64,000 nucleotides of DNA from Acidobacteriota bacterium (GTDB taxonomy: Bacteria > Acidobacteriota > UBA6911): assembly GCA_963664705.1 (NCBI GenBank), contig OY761556.1:224001-288000 (forward strand). The letters run 5' to 3'. Every line of letters starts with the position of its first letter. The first letter of the stretch is position 1. A program made the translations under genes and the position numbers. Of this stretch, positions 19,219-29,800 are shown piece after piece. Below the pieces are notes generated by a model, which was not told where the DNA came from, ran no database searches, and worked only from the letters and a program-made list of their open reading frames with translations.

Positions 19219-20580
19219 TTATTCCTTGAGAAACTCTTCGCCAATCTTCCACACATCTCCGGCCCCAAGAGTCAAAAGCAGATCGCCTTCGCGGAGCCTT
19301 TCTGTCAACAACCTTTGAACACTGCCGGGATCCGGTGCAAACATTACGTCTCTGTGTCCGAATTTCTTGATCTGCTCAACGAGCCGTTCCGCCGTGACGC
19401 CTGGAATCGGTTCTTCGCTTGCGGCGTATATCGGGAGAACCAGAAGAACATCCGCATGGTGAAACGCTCGCGCAAAATCCTCTTCCAGGGCCTGGGTGCG
19501 CGTATAGCGGTGCGGCTGGAAAACCGTGACGATCCGTCGATCGCACGCATGCCGGGCCGCGCTGAGCGTGGCAATGATCTCCGTAGGATGGTGACCGTAA
19601 TCATCCACGACAAGAACGCCGGTCTTTTGTCCCTTGACCTGAAACCTGCGATCGGCGTTTTGAAACGACGCCAGGGCTTCGGCTATCTTGTCAAACGGGA
19701 TTTCCAACTCCAGTCCCGTTGCCAGGGCTGCCAGCGAATTGAGGATTCCGTGTCTTCCCGGGATTCGCAGCTGGAGCGTACCCAGCGCATTGCCCCGATA
19801 GTGCACCTGGCAGGAAGTGCCGAAGTCGTGAAATTCGATGCGGGACGCGACGAGATCCGCCTGCTTGCTGGTCCCATAGGTTACGATGCGCCGCTCCACG
19901 CGCGGGAGAATGGCCTGGACATTGGGATCGTCGAGGCACAGAACGGCAGCTCCATAGAATGGCACCTTGTTGACAAACGAAACAAAGGCAGCCTGGATTT
20001 CATCTAGATTCGCGTAATGATCCAGATGCTCCCGATCGATATTGGTGACAATGGCGATTGTGGGGCTGAGCTTCAGGAATGAGCCGTCGCTCTCATCCGC
20101 CTCCGCCACAATAAAATCGCCTTTGCCGAGTTTTGCATTGCTTCCAAAGGCGTTCAGCCGGCCGCCAATCACGGCCGTTGGATCAAAGCCGCCATTTACC
20201 AGCACCGTGGCGACCATTGAGGTCGTGGTCGTCTTTCCATGAGAGCCCGCAACTGCAACTCCGTATTTTAGCCGCATCAGTTCGGCAAGCATCTCCGCCC
20301 TGGGGATGACCGGGATCTGCAGCCGCTTGGCTTCAACCACTTCCACATTATCCGGACGGACGGCGGAGGAGATGACGACCACGTTGGTGCCTTCGACATT
20401 CGCCGCACGGTGGCCGTAAAAAATCTTCCCTCCCAGGGATGTCAGCCGGTCGGTAACCGGACTTGGCTTCAGATCGGAGCCGGAAACCTCATAGCCGAGG
20501 TTCAGCAGGAGTTCGGCTATGCCGCTCATCCCAATGCCCCCGATTCCGACAAAATGCAGTTTCTGAATTTTCCTGAACAT
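19219..20580 (-). CDS. murC: UDP-N-acetylmuramate--L-alanine ligase
   Basis: [46 protein letters not shown]. Confidence 0.97.
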   Translation of the reverse strand: MFRKIQKLHFVGIGGIGMSGIAELLLNLGYEVSGSDLKPSPVTDRLTSLGGKIFYGHRAANVEGTNVVVISSAVRPDNVEVVEAKRLQIPVIPRAEMLAELMRLKYGVAVAGSHGKTTTTSMVATVLVNGGFDPTAVIGGRLNAFGSNAKLGKGDFIVAEADESDGSFLKLSPTIAIVTNIDREHLDHYANLDEIQAAFVSFVNKVPFYGAAVLCLDDPNVQAILPRVERRIVTYGTSKQADLVASRIEFHDFGTSCQVHYRGNALGTLQLRIPGRHGILNSLAALATGLELEIPFDKIAEALASFQNADRRFQVKGQKTGVLVVDDYGHHPTEIIATLSAARHACDRRIVTVFQPHRYTRTQALEEDFARAFHHADVLLVLPIYAASEEPIPGVTAERLVEQIKKFGHRDVMFAPDPGSVQRLLTERLREGDLLLTLGAGDVWKIGEEFLKE

Positions 20581-20595
20581 ATCTATCCTGTCCGC

Positions 20596-21678
20596 CTAAT
20601 CCGCCGCTTCGGATAACCTGTTATGGTTCGAGAGATTCAAGAGCACGCCGGTTGCAATCAGATTCAGCAGGATGGAACTGCCCCCCTGGCTCATGAAAGG
20701 CAACGCAATGCCCTTTGTGGGCATCATGGACAACACCATGGACATGTTAATGAACCCCTGCAGCGCTACCATCAGTGTAATGGCCAATCCGAGGTAAAAT
20801 CCGAAACGGTCCGGTGTCCGCAGGACAATCCGAATTCCGCGATAAAAAAAGATCAAAAATGCCAGCGCAACGATACAAGTGCCAATCAACCCGAGTTCTT
20901 CGCCGATCACAGCGAAAATAAAGTCGCTTGGAGCTTCAGGCAAAAAGGCAAGCTTCTGTTTACTCGCGCCGAATCCGAGGCCGGAGAAACCACCCGTGCC
21001 GATTGCCGTCAGAGACTGGCTGATTTGCCACCCATAGCCAAGCCGGTCATGCAGCGGATCTATGAATACCTTCATCCGTTCCCAACGGAATGGATACTGC
21101 TTGATGAAGAAGATGAGGGCGGGAACCGCCATCGCTGCAGCCGAGATAATATATTTCCATGACAGGCCCGCAACCACCAGAAGAATTCCCATAATCATGC
21201 AGATAGTCAAAGCCTGTCCGAAATCCGGTTCGACTGCAATCAGTCCTGCAATACAAAGTACAACCGCTCCAAGGGGCAGCAAACGGCGGAGAGGCTGGTT
21301 GATCTCCTTTTCATGCTTATGCAGGTATGATGCGATAAACACCAGAACAATCAGCTTTGCGATTTCCGAAGGCTGGAATGATACCAGCCCATAGCGAATC
21401 CAGCGATGAGCTCCGTTTACCTTTGCCTGTGTCATGACGAAAAGCAAAGCCACCGCGGATACGGCCAGCAGCGTATAGAGAACTTTGGGTTTCTGCCAGA
21501 AGTGATAGTCAACGTTCATCACAAAAAGCAGCATGACGAAGCCGATTCCCGCGTGAAGCAGCTGCTTGAGAAAGGCGTACGAAGACATGGATGCGCTATA
21601 AACCATCACCAGCCCGAATATCGTGAGAAACCCGGCGGTAAAGAACAGCACTTTGTCACTGGCTGGTTTATATGCCAT
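20596..21678 (-). CDS. ftsW: SEDS peptidoglycan polymerase FtsW
   Basis: GLVMVYSAS, GAHRWI, FQPSEIAK, EPDFG, DFIFAVIGEELG, LPFMSQGGSS. Confidence 0.95.
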   Translation of the reverse strand: MAYKPASDKVLFFTAGFLTIFGLVMVYSASMSSYAFLKQLLHAGIGFVMLLFVMNVDYHFWQKPKVLYTLLAVSAVALLFVMTQAKVNGAHRWIRYGLVSFQPSEIAKLIVLVFIASYLHKHEKEINQPLRRLLPLGAVVLCIAGLIAVEPDFGQALTICMIMGILLVVAGLSWKYIISAAAMAVPALIFFIKQYPFRWERMKVFIDPLHDRLGYGWQISQSLTAIGTGGFSGLGFGASKQKLAFLPEAPSDFIFAVIGEELGLIGTCIVALAFLIFFYRGIRIVLRTPDRFGFYLGLAITLMVALQGFINMSMVLSMMPTKGIALPFMSQGGSSILLNLIATGVLLNLSNHNRLSEAAD

Positions 21679-21683
21679 AAGCT

Positions 21684-23060
21684 TTAGATGCCCTTCTTCA
21701 GGCTGCGCACCGCATCCTTGAAGACGCGGCCGCGGTGTTCGTAATCCTGAAACATATCAAAACTTGCGCATGCAGGCGCCAGAAGCACCACGTCGCCTGC
21801 TTTTGCGATCCGATGGCATGCGGAGACTGCCTCCTGCATGGAGCCGGTTTGACTTATCTCCGTCGTGCCGGATAGCGCTTCACGGATCTTGCCCGCCGCC
21901 TGTCCGATCAAAACCAGATGTTTGACCCGTTCTCTTACGAGGGTTTGCAGGACCGTAAAGTCACCGGCTTTATCCTTGCCCCCCGCAATCAGGACAATGC
22001 CGCCCGGAAATGCTTCGAGAGATTTGATTGTGGCGTCGACGTTGGTTGCCTTCGAATCGTTGAAATACTGGACTCCGTCAATCTCGCACACAAATTCAAT
22101 CCGGTGTTCCACTCCCTTGAATTTCCGAACACTTGCTTCGAGGCTGTCCGGGGCAGCGCCGGCCAGTATGGCCATGGCGCAGGCGGCCAGAACATTCTCC
22201 TGGTTGTGGGCTCCTTTGAGCGCTATGGCATCGGCGGTAAACAGCTTCCGTTCGCCGGATTCGTCGCAATAAAAGAGCACCCCGTCCCTCATGTATGCAC
22301 CGCGCGCCTGAGCTTTCTTCCGGCTGAACAGAACCGGCGTGGATGCCACCTGCGCCGCGATGTTTGCCGTTTTGGGATCGTCGTCGTTCAGGACTGCAAA
22401 TTCCGTCTTTTGCTGGTTCAAAAAGATTCGCTGTTTCGCCGCGACGTAATCTTCGAAGCCGGCGTATCGATCCATGTGATCCGGCGTCAGGTTCAGGATC
22501 GATCCAATTGCCGGTCGAAATGTATCGATGCCTTCCAGTTGAAAGCTGGAAAGCTCAACGGCATAAATATCCTCCGTCGACGATTCGCCGACGAAGTCGA
22601 TCAGGGGCGTTCCGATATTGCCGGCGGAATGCCCTTTGAGTCCTGCGCCGACCAGAAGCTCGGATACCAGGCTGGTCGTGGTTGTTTTTCCATTGGATCC
22701 CGTAATGCCGATGATTTTTCCCTTCAGATGACGGGCTGCAAGTTCGATTTCCGCAATGATCGGAATTGCTGCTTTCCTGCTTAGATCGAAATAGGGGAGT
22801 GCAAGGGGCACTCCAGGACTTACAACCACAAAATCGCAGTTGCGGAAACTTTCATCGTTATGTCCTCCCAGTTCCAATATGAGTTCGCCTGGATAATCCC
22901 GGGCATTGAGCAATGGAGAAATGCGAGGCAGATTCTCCAGTGTTTGTGAGTCGGTGAGAGTTACTCTCGCACCGGCCGCCAACAGAAAGCGGGCGGAAGA
23001 AATCCCGCTTTTGGCGGCACCCACGATCAGAACTGATTTCCCTCGATAGCTGATATCCAT
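21684..23060 (-). CDS. murD: UDP-MurNAc-L-Ala--D-glutamate ligase
   Basis: VSPGVP, ITGSNGKTTTT, ELSSFQL, NDSKATN, PACASFDMF. Confidence 0.97.
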   Translation of the reverse strand: MDISYRGKSVLIVGAAKSGISSARFLLAAGARVTLTDSQTLENLPRISPLLNARDYPGELILELGGHNDESFRNCDFVVVSPGVPLALPYFDLSRKAAIPIIAEIELAARHLKGKIIGITGSNGKTTTTSLVSELLVGAGLKGHSAGNIGTPLIDFVGESSTEDIYAVELSSFQLEGIDTFRPAIGSILNLTPDHMDRYAGFEDYVAAKQRIFLNQQKTEFAVLNDDDPKTANIAAQVASTPVLFSRKKAQARGAYMRDGVLFYCDESGERKLFTADAIALKGAHNQENVLAACAMAILAGAAPDSLEASVRKFKGVEHRIEFVCEIDGVQYFNDSKATNVDATIKSLEAFPGGIVLIAGGKDKAGDFTVLQTLVRERVKHLVLIGQAAGKIREALSGTTEISQTGSMQEAVSACHRIAKAGDVVLLAPACASFDMFQDYEHRGRVFKDAVRSLKKGI

Positions 23061-23107
23061 AAAATGACTTTACAAATTTCCCGGAAGCGACGGTGCTTCC
23101 GGACTTC

Positions 23108-24517
23108 CTAATTGCCAGGCGCCTCGAACTCCGCGCGCAGCCGCTGAATAATTTTTTCCAGGTGTACTCCGCGCGAACCCTTTACGAGCACCAGATCTCC
23201 GGCCTGCAATTCCTTTGCAAGAGCTTCCGCTACCGCATCCGCATCCGGATAAAAACGCGATTGAGACGAAGGCAAGCCCGCGGCCGTTGCGCCTCGAACA
23301 ATCTCCTCTGCCGCTCCTCGGACTCCAATCACAATGTCGATGCCATGCCCGGCGGCGAACCTGCCGCAATCGGCATGCAGGGCATTCGATCCGCTTCCCA
23401 GTTCCAGCATTTCTCCTGCGACCAGGATTCGCCGGGAAAATGACGGCATGTCCGCAAGGACCTCGATCATCTTCATGAGCGCCCTGGGATTCGAATTGTA
23501 TGAATCGTCGATGACCGTGAACCCCGGTTTGAAACTCAGGATCTGGCCCCGCATGGACGCTTGCTGAAGACTCCGGAAGGTTTCCGTCATCCGGTCCAGG
23601 GGGATATTGAGCCGACTGCCAAGGGCTATGGCCGGCAGGAGATTCATGACATAGTGGGTCCCGGCCACGGGTATCGTGCCTTCCCACATGTTTTTTCCGC
23701 AGGAGAGCCTGAAGCCGGTCTCCGTCAGCCCTTTGATGGCTATCCGGTCTGCTCGAACTTCGGCTCCTTCAGAGAAGCCAAAGGAAATTTTTGTGCCCGT
23801 AAAACGCTCCGCGATGGACCGGACCAGTGGATCATCGATGTTGTAGATCAATGCGCCATCCGCAGGCAGAGCTTCGGCGAGTTCTCCCTTGGCCCTGGCA
23901 ATGTCTTCGACCGACTTGAAAAACTCGAGATGTACCGGAGCAACGTTTGTGATGATTCCGATCCCGGGGGAAGCGATGCGGCACATTTCGGCAATCTCGC
24001 CCGGCGCGCTCATCCCCATTTCAAATATTCCGACATTGCATTCGGAAGCCAGACCGAACAGCGCAAGGGGAAGCCCGAAGAGATTGTTGTAATTGCCCGG
24101 AGTCCGGTAAACCCCGAATGTGTTTTGCAATACGTGGGCTGCAAATTCCTTTGTCGTGGTTTTGCCCATGCTTCCCGTGATGGCCACCAGAATTCCATTC
24201 CATCGCTGCCGGAACCAGATTGCGAGATCTTTCAGCGCTTCATGGGTCTGTTTGACACGGATGAGCACGCGGTCATCGGGAAAGCTTCCCGGGAACCGGT
24301 AATCGTGTTCCACCACAGCGCCCAGGGCGCCTTTGGACAGGGCATCAGGGACATAGCGATGTCCATCCTGATTAGGGCCGCGGATCGCAAAAAAGATATC
24401 GCCGCCTTTGAGATGGCGTGTGTCGATCGACACAGTAGAGAAGACGGTATCCTTCGAACCATAGGCCAGGTTTCCGGAGGTTCCGTATTCAATCTCTGCT
24501 GCTGTTAAAATCGACAT
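23108..24517 (-). CDS. murF: UDP-MurNAc-tripeptide--D-Ala-D-Ala ligase
   Basis: ITGSMGKTTTKE, EMGMS, DDSYNSNP, GEMLELG, LVKGSRG. Confidence 0.96.
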   Translation of the reverse strand: MSILTAAEIEYGTSGNLAYGSKDTVFSTVSIDTRHLKGGDIFFAIRGPNQDGHRYVPDALSKGALGAVVEHDYRFPGSFPDDRVLIRVKQTHEALKDLAIWFRQRWNGILVAITGSMGKTTTKEFAAHVLQNTFGVYRTPGNYNNLFGLPLALFGLASECNVGIFEMGMSAPGEIAEMCRIASPGIGIITNVAPVHLEFFKSVEDIARAKGELAEALPADGALIYNIDDPLVRSIAERFTGTKISFGFSEGAEVRADRIAIKGLTETGFRLSCGKNMWEGTIPVAGTHYVMNLLPAIALGSRLNIPLDRMTETFRSLQQASMRGQILSFKPGFTVIDDSYNSNPRALMKMIEVLADMPSFSRRILVAGEMLELGSGSNALHADCGRFAAGHGIDIVIGVRGAAEEIVRGATAAGLPSSQSRFYPDADAVAEALAKELQAGDLVLVKGSRGVHLEKIIQRLRAEFEAPGN

Positions 24518-24552
24518 GACAAGCCATTCGTTGCCGGAGTGCCGGCATTCAA

Positions 24553-26022
24553 TCAGTGGTTCAAACGTTCTCGAATCAGTTCGCGGGCAATTTCACGGTC
24601 GTCGAAATGGATGGTCTGGGTGCCGAGTATCTGATAATCCTCGTGCCCTTTCCCCGCAATTACGACAACATCGCCCTTATTTGCAATCGATACCGCCGCT
24701 TCAATCGCTTTGCGCCGGTCCGGTTGAACAACATAGGGTGCCGGTCCTCCGCGCATTCCGTTTTCAATTTCTTTCAGGATTTGAAGCGGATCTTCCGATC
24801 TCGGGTTGTCCGAGGTCGCAAATACGAAGTCGCTCATTTTGGCCGCAATCTCACCCATAATCGGCCGCTTGGTCTTGTCTCGGTCGCCGCCGCAGCCGAA
24901 GACGGTGATCAGCTTTCCGTGCGGGAGTTGGGCAACCGTGTTCAGAAGGTTCTCTAGGGCATCCGGAGAGTGTGCGTAGTCAACGATGACAGCAAAATCC
25001 TGACCAGCATCCACTCTTTCCACTCGGCCAGGGACTCCCGTTAGCGCTTCTATCCCTTTTTGAATCTGGTCCAGCGGAATTCCGAGGGAGAGAGCGGCCC
25101 CTGTGGCTGCCATGACATTATAGATATTGGGCCGGCCGATCAGCTTCAGCTGATACCGGATTTCGCCTGCGGGCGTGTGAAGCGTTAAATCGGTTCCATC
25201 GACGCGGCTGTGGAAATCCACAACATGAATGGATGCCTCTTTATTGAATCCGAAACTGACCAGGTTGCATCCAACGTTTGCGGCCAGCCTTTTCCCATAA
25301 GGATCGTCGATATTGATGACGGCCGATTCCACACGATTTCCGTTCTCTGCAGAGAAGAGAATTTGTTTTGCCCGGAAATACGACTCCATGTCTTTGTGGA
25401 AATCGAGATGATCGCGCGTCAGATTCATAAAAACGCCGACCCTGAACCGCATTCCATAAACTCTTTTAAGAGAGAGGGAATGCGAGGATACCTCCAGAAC
25501 ACCAACCGTACAGCCCTCGTCAGCCGCCTGGGCAAAGAATCCCGTCAGGTCAGACGACTCAGGCGTTGTATGCTCGCTGTGGAAACTCTGGGATCCGATC
25601 TTCATCCCGATCGTTCCCACCAGGCACGCGCGCATTTCCGAACCGCCGTAAATGGATTCCATAAGATAGGAGGTCGTGGTCTTGCCGTTCGTGCCGGTAA
25701 TCGCCACAAGTTTCAGACGCTCCGAGGGATTTCCAAAAAAGGCCTTCGATATCTCTGCCAGGAATCTTCTATCATCGCCAACACGGATACAGGCTGTCCC
25801 TGGTGCCGGCTCCATCGGCGCTTCGGATGCAACGGCAACCGCGCCTTTTTCGATTGCCTGCGGGACGAAACGAGTGCCATCGCTCTTCTCGCCTTTGATG
25901 GCGACAAACAGATCGCCTTTTTTCACCGAGCGGGAATCATAGGCAATGCCGCGGATATCGACATCGAGGCTGCCTTGCGTCTGAATCCCTGGAATCTGTG
26001 CGACCACTTCGTGTAGGTACAT
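24553..26022 (-). CDS. murE: UDP-MurNAc-dipeptide--meso-DAP ligase
   Basis: TGTNGKTTT, EVSSH, VDYAHSPD, GCGGDRD, DNPR (DAP-specific motif), AGKGHE. Confidence 0.97.
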   Translation of the reverse strand: MYLHEVVAQIPGIQTQGSLDVDIRGIAYDSRSVKKGDLFVAIKGEKSDGTRFVPQAIEKGAVAVASEAPMEPAPGTACIRVGDDRRFLAEISKAFFGNPSERLKLVAITGTNGKTTTSYLMESIYGGSEMRACLVGTIGMKIGSQSFHSEHTTPESSDLTGFFAQAADEGCTVGVLEVSSHSLSLKRVYGMRFRVGVFMNLTRDHLDFHKDMESYFRAKQILFSAENGNRVESAVINIDDPYGKRLAANVGCNLVSFGFNKEASIHVVDFHSRVDGTDLTLHTPAGEIRYQLKLIGRPNIYNVMAATGAALSLGIPLDQIQKGIEALTGVPGRVERVDAGQDFAVIVDYAHSPDALENLLNTVAQLPHGKLITVFGCGGDRDKTKRPIMGEIAAKMSDFVFATSDNPRSEDPLQILKEIENGMRGGPAPYVVQPDRRKAIEAAVSIANKGDVVVIAGKGHEDYQILGTQTIHFDDREIARELIRERLNH

Positions 26023-26029
26023 AATCCTT

Positions 26030-28123
26030 CTATCTCATGGCCGGGATGGCAGCCGGCTGACTGGTTGCGTGCTCCGCCGCATACCGGGCTTCGGCTGCAG
26101 CCAATTGCTCTTTCAGGTTTCCCTTCGAGAAGATAACATCGCACGCGGTCCCCGCGGATACTTTAGTTCCTGGCGAAGGTGACTGGAAGACCGCAAGGCC
26201 TGCGCCTTTGGCCTGTAGTCGAATACCGAGTTCCATGCAGCGTGCCAGTACGGTTCTTTTGCCCAATCCTCTGAAATTTGGAATGATGATATCGGGTCCG
26301 CTCTTGACCTGTACGGTAATCGATTCCTGCGCTTCTTCCTTGAGCCCATTCTTTGGCGATTGCAAAGGCTGCACCGCATCGGGGATGTAATCCTCGGAGC
26401 CGACATCGGCAATGAGAGGCTTGAATTGTGGTAGAGGAATTGCCGGGTCCGGCTGTACGTGAAGCTGCAGCAATGTTTCCTGGGCGATCTTCTGAAAGAA
26501 CGGTGCACTCACGTCGCCGCCGTAATGCGCTCCCTTCGGTTCATCAATCTGCACAAGAATGGTGATGCGAGGGTGGGGAAGAGGTGCAAACCCGATGAAA
26601 GAAGAAACGTATTTGTTGGGTGAATATCGTCCATCGACGATTTTTTGCGCTGTCCCGGTTTTGCCGGCTGCGCGGTATCCTTCGAGAGCTGCGCGTTTTC
26701 CGGTGCCGCGGAGGACCACTCCCTCAAAAGCATCGGAAACCGCTTTTGCCGTCTCCGGGCTCATTAGCCGCACGCGCTCCGGAGTCGTTACTTTAGCCAG
26801 ATCCCCATTTGCATCGATAATCCGGTCTACAAGTGTGGGTCGGACCCTATATCCACCGTTGGCGATCGAGTTGATCGCCGTCAGTATCTGCATGGATGTG
26901 ACGCCCACTTCCTGACCGAATGAAATAGCACCGATCGAAAGACCGGACCACTCATGCCAATCGCGTACCAGTCCCACAATTTCGCCCGGTAGATCGATCC
27001 CGGTTCGTGAGCCAAATCCGAAATTTCTCAACGATTCATACAGGCGCTGTTCGCCCAGGCGCAAGCCGAGTTTAGCCGCGCCCACATTGGATGAATACTC
27101 GAGGATTTGGCCGAAGCTGAGCAAGCCATAGCCTTTGTGGTCATGGAAGACATGTTTGCTGATCGTGATGGTTCCCATCTGGCAATCGATCATCTCAGTC
27201 GGTCGGGTCAACCCGGCTTCCAGAGCGGAGGCCGCTACCACAACCTTAAAGGTAGATCCCGGTTCAAAGGCATCGGAGATAGCGCGATTACGCCAGACAT
27301 CGGACTGATATTTGTTGTAGGCGGTACAGTTGAATTGAGGGTAATTAGACAATGCGAGTATTCTGCCCGTGTCGGATTCCATGACAATTGCAGTACCCGC
27401 TTTTGCCTGAGCCTTTTCCACGGCGGCCGTAATCTCTCGGTCCGTGATGTACTGGATGGACTTGTCGATGCTCAACACCAGGGAATGGCCCTGCACCGGC
27501 GCTACCTCAACGTTGGCTTTGTAGGAGCGCCTCAGAGCATCCACATCCAGGGAGAACAAACCTTCCTTTCCCTTCAGCTCCTTGTCGTACTGCTGTTCAA
27601 GCCCGTAGGTTCCATCTTCGTTCATGTTTACGAATCCCAAAGCATGGCATGCCAATTCGCGATTGGGGTACACGCGCATGCTTTCCTCGACGAAATAGAC
27701 CCCCTCGATTCCGAGCGCCGCAATTTGCTTTTCCGCATTGGGATCAATTTTGCGCTGGAGGATGACATCTTTGCGCTTCGGGTCCGTCAATTTGTTGAGG
27801 ACTTCCTGTGGATTCATTTTAAGAATCTCCGCGAGTTTCCTGGCTGTCGCGGGGATGTTTTTTATGTTCTTGGGTTCGGCATGCGCCGTGCTGACGGGTA
27901 CACTTGTAGCCAGTTCCTCCATATGGCTGTCGTAGATAATTCCGCGGGGAGGCAGAATGGAACGCGTTACCTGCTGGTTTTCTGAGGCGATTTCAACGAA
28001 GGTCTGGTGCTCGAATACCTGTAATTGAACCAGGCGAACGAGTATCAGGAAGCTCCAGAGCGTGATTCCCAGGATTACAATGGCGATGCGTGTGGTTTTG
28101 AAGCCCTTTCCACCGTCGGACAT
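26030..28123 (-). CDS. ftsI: Division transpeptidase PBP3/FtsI with PASTA-like C-terminus
   Basis: RGIIYD, EPGSTFK (SxxK), SSN, GKTGT; start at ATG 28123 because the upstream extension is repeat-derived. Confidence 0.93.
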   Translation of the reverse strand: MSDGGKGFKTTRIAIVILGITLWSFLILVRLVQLQVFEHQTFVEIASENQQVTRSILPPRGIIYDSHMEELATSVPVSTAHAEPKNIKNIPATARKLAEILKMNPQEVLNKLTDPKRKDVILQRKIDPNAEKQIAALGIEGVYFVEESMRVYPNRELACHALGFVNMNEDGTYGLEQQYDKELKGKEGLFSLDVDALRRSYKANVEVAPVQGHSLVLSIDKSIQYITDREITAAVEKAQAKAGTAIVMESDTGRILALSNYPQFNCTAYNKYQSDVWRNRAISDAFEPGSTFKVVVAASALEAGLTRPTEMIDCQMGTITISKHVFHDHKGYGLLSFGQILEYSSNVGAAKLGLRLGEQRLYESLRNFGFGSRTGIDLPGEIVGLVRDWHEWSGLSIGAISFGQEVGVTSMQILTAINSIANGGYRVRPTLVDRIIDANGDLAKVTTPERVRLMSPETAKAVSDAFEGVVLRGTGKRAALEGYRAAGKTGTAQKIVDGRYSPNKYVSSFIGFAPLPHPRITILVQIDEPKGAHYGGDVSAPFFQKIAQETLLQLHVQPDPAIPLPQFKPLIADVGSEDYIPDAVQPLQSPKNGLKEEAQESITVQVKSGPDIIIPNFRGLGKRTVLARCMELGIRLQAKGAGLAVFQSPSPGTKVSAGTACDVIFSKGNLKEQLAAAEARYAAEHATSQPAAIPAMR

Positions 28124-28126
28124 ATA

Positions 28127-28193
28127 ATTGACGATTGACGATTTACGATTGACGAGTTCTTGGGGCGTCAACCGTCAATCGTGAATCGTCAAT
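28127..28193. repeat. Inverted heptamer hairpin (4+4 units) between ftsL and ftsI
   Basis: ATTGACG ATTGACG ATTTACG ATTGACG - 11 nt loop - CGTCAAC CGTCAAT CGTGAAT CGTCAAT. Confidence 0.92.
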
Positions 28194-28215
28194 TTATTCT
28201 CCTATTCCTGAGATG

Positions 28216-28656
28216 TTAATTTGCCGGGATGAATTTCGAAGCTCTGGCCTCTGATATTTTCAAGAGAGGCGCTTCGGAATCAGCCATGGCCATTGCATTC
28301 GACAATCCACTCTCCACATCCTGCGTCTGCGGCCGGATGAATTGATTTGGACGGAGCAGCGTCATTCCCAACTCATTGCGGGCTCTGTCCTCGATATTCC
28401 TCGGATTCTTCAAACAGTCTGCCTCAAGGCCGAGTTGCTTCTGATTACGCAGCAGGTTCTGCTCTGCTTTATACAGATTCTGGCTTTCATATCCTGTGCT
28501 TACAATCTGGCTTCGAACCCAGGCATAGAACATGAAAGCCGCTGCGATCATTGCCAGCGGAATGATATTCCGCAGGAGTTCCGAAAGCATGCTGGCATCG
28601 ATCTCGCTTTTGATGCCGTAGTTGCGTGTTTCGATTCCATCCGCCCAATCTGTCAT
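28216..28656 (-). CDS. ftsL: Cell division protein FtsL-like
   Basis: TM segment, coiled coil, LKNPRNIEDRARNELGM; lies between rsmH and ftsI. Confidence 0.82.
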   Translation of the reverse strand: MTDWADGIETRNYGIKSEIDASMLSELLRNIIPLAMIAAAFMFYAWVRSQIVSTGYESQNLYKAEQNLLRNQKQLGLEADCLKNPRNIEDRARNELGMTLLRPNQFIRPQTQDVESGLSNAMAMADSEAPLLKISEARASKFIPAN

Positions 28657-28712
28657 CTCTGTCTCCAGTTTCTTGCTTCGGGCAAAGCATCCAAGGAGCC
28701 GCCGCCAAAGTT

Positions 28713-29690
28713 CTACAAGCGTTCCAATGATCTCAAACGAGCACTCCGGGCTCGCGGATTGGCAGCCAACTCCTCGGGACCCGGTACCATTGGCCGGGGG
28801 GTAAGGAGGTTAGCCAATTGTTGTCTAGGACACGTGCAAAGCTCCGGAGGCGCTTCACACACACACTGTCCGGCAAGCTTGCGAAAAGCTCTTTTGACAA
28901 TTCGGTCCTCCAGCGAATGAAAAGCGATGACAACCATTCTTCCGCCGGGCTTCAGGAATCCGAATGCTTCACCAAGGAACTCTTCAAGACCTTCCAGCTC
29001 TTCATTGACTGCAATGCGCAATGCCTGGAAGGTACGGGTCGCGGGGTGGATAGGCTGGTGGCCACGAACCCTCAAAACACGGCTGATGATTTCCGCTAAT
29101 TGCGAGCAGCGCGTTATCGGCGTCTTCCGGCGCTCCTGAACGATGGCTGCTGCTATGCGGCGCGAGAGCCGTTCCTCGCCATAGCGATAGATAATGTCCG
29201 CCAGTTCTGTTTCTGACAGTTTGTTGACCAAATCCGCCGCGGTCCATTGCTGGGTGCGGTCCATGCGCATGTCCAGCATGACGTCTGACTGGAAACTAAA
29301 ACCGCGTTCCGGCGTAAGGAGTTGATAGGAGGACACTCCTAAATCGATCAGAATTCCATCCACGGCCGGTCCCGCAAGGTTGTTCAAAATCAATGGCAGG
29401 TTTTTGTAGTTGTCGTGCAGCAGCCGGAGACTTTGTGCGTAATGCTTTAGCCGCACTTGAACCTTTTCCAGAGATTCCTTGTCGCGGTCGATGCCGATCA
29501 ACTGGCCGCCCGGCTGGATTTTCTCCAGAATCATTTCCGTATGCCCGCCCAACCCGACCGTGGCATCCACGTACGTACCACCCGGCTTGCAGCGCAGGAG
29601 GTCCAATGCCTCCTTCGGCATAACCGGAATGTGCTCGGGATCACGTGCTTCCAAGTGGTCTGTCATGTTCTTCCGGGCCGTTGCTCGCAC
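28713..29690 (-). CDS. rsmH: 16S rRNA m4C1402 methyltransferase
   Basis: HIPVM, DATVGLGGH, DLGVSSYQL, LDMRMD, HPATRTFQALRIAVN, NPRARSARLR; exact start uncertain. Confidence 0.97.
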   Translation of the reverse strand: MRATARKNMTDHLEARDPEHIPVMPKEALDLLRCKPGGTYVDATVGLGGHTEMILEKIQPGGQLIGIDRDKESLEKVQVRLKHYAQSLRLLHDNYKNLPLILNNLAGPAVDGILIDLGVSSYQLLTPERGFSFQSDVMLDMRMDRTQQWTAADLVNKLSETELADIIYRYGEERLSRRIAAAIVQERRKTPITRCSQLAEIISRVLRVRGHQPIHPATRTFQALRIAVNEELEGLEEFLGEAFGFLKPGGRMVVIAFHSLEDRIVKRAFRKLAGQCVCEAPPELCTCPRQQLANLLTPRPMVPGPEELAANPRARSARLRSLERL

Positions 29691-29700
29691 TCTTCACCGC

Positions 29701-29800
29701 CAGAATTCAAAAAACACAGTTCAAAGAATTGGTGATTCCTTTTTGGATCGGGACAAGATTGCTGCTCATTCTGAATTCCGGCTTCTGAGTTCCGAATTTT
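29701..29800. repeat. Degenerate inverted heptamer arrays between mraZ and rsmH
   Basis: Minus strand after the mraZ stop: AATTCGG AACTCAG AAGCCGG AATTCAG AATG, with a degenerate partner ending TTGAATTCTG. Confidence 0.6.

Noticed and set aside
28124-28171. N-terminal extension MTPQELVNRKSSIVNY of FtsI in the ORF track
   Set aside because: It is a translation of the heptamer hairpin (the same VNRKS peptide as the rdgB tail) and its TTG has no SD at usable spacing.
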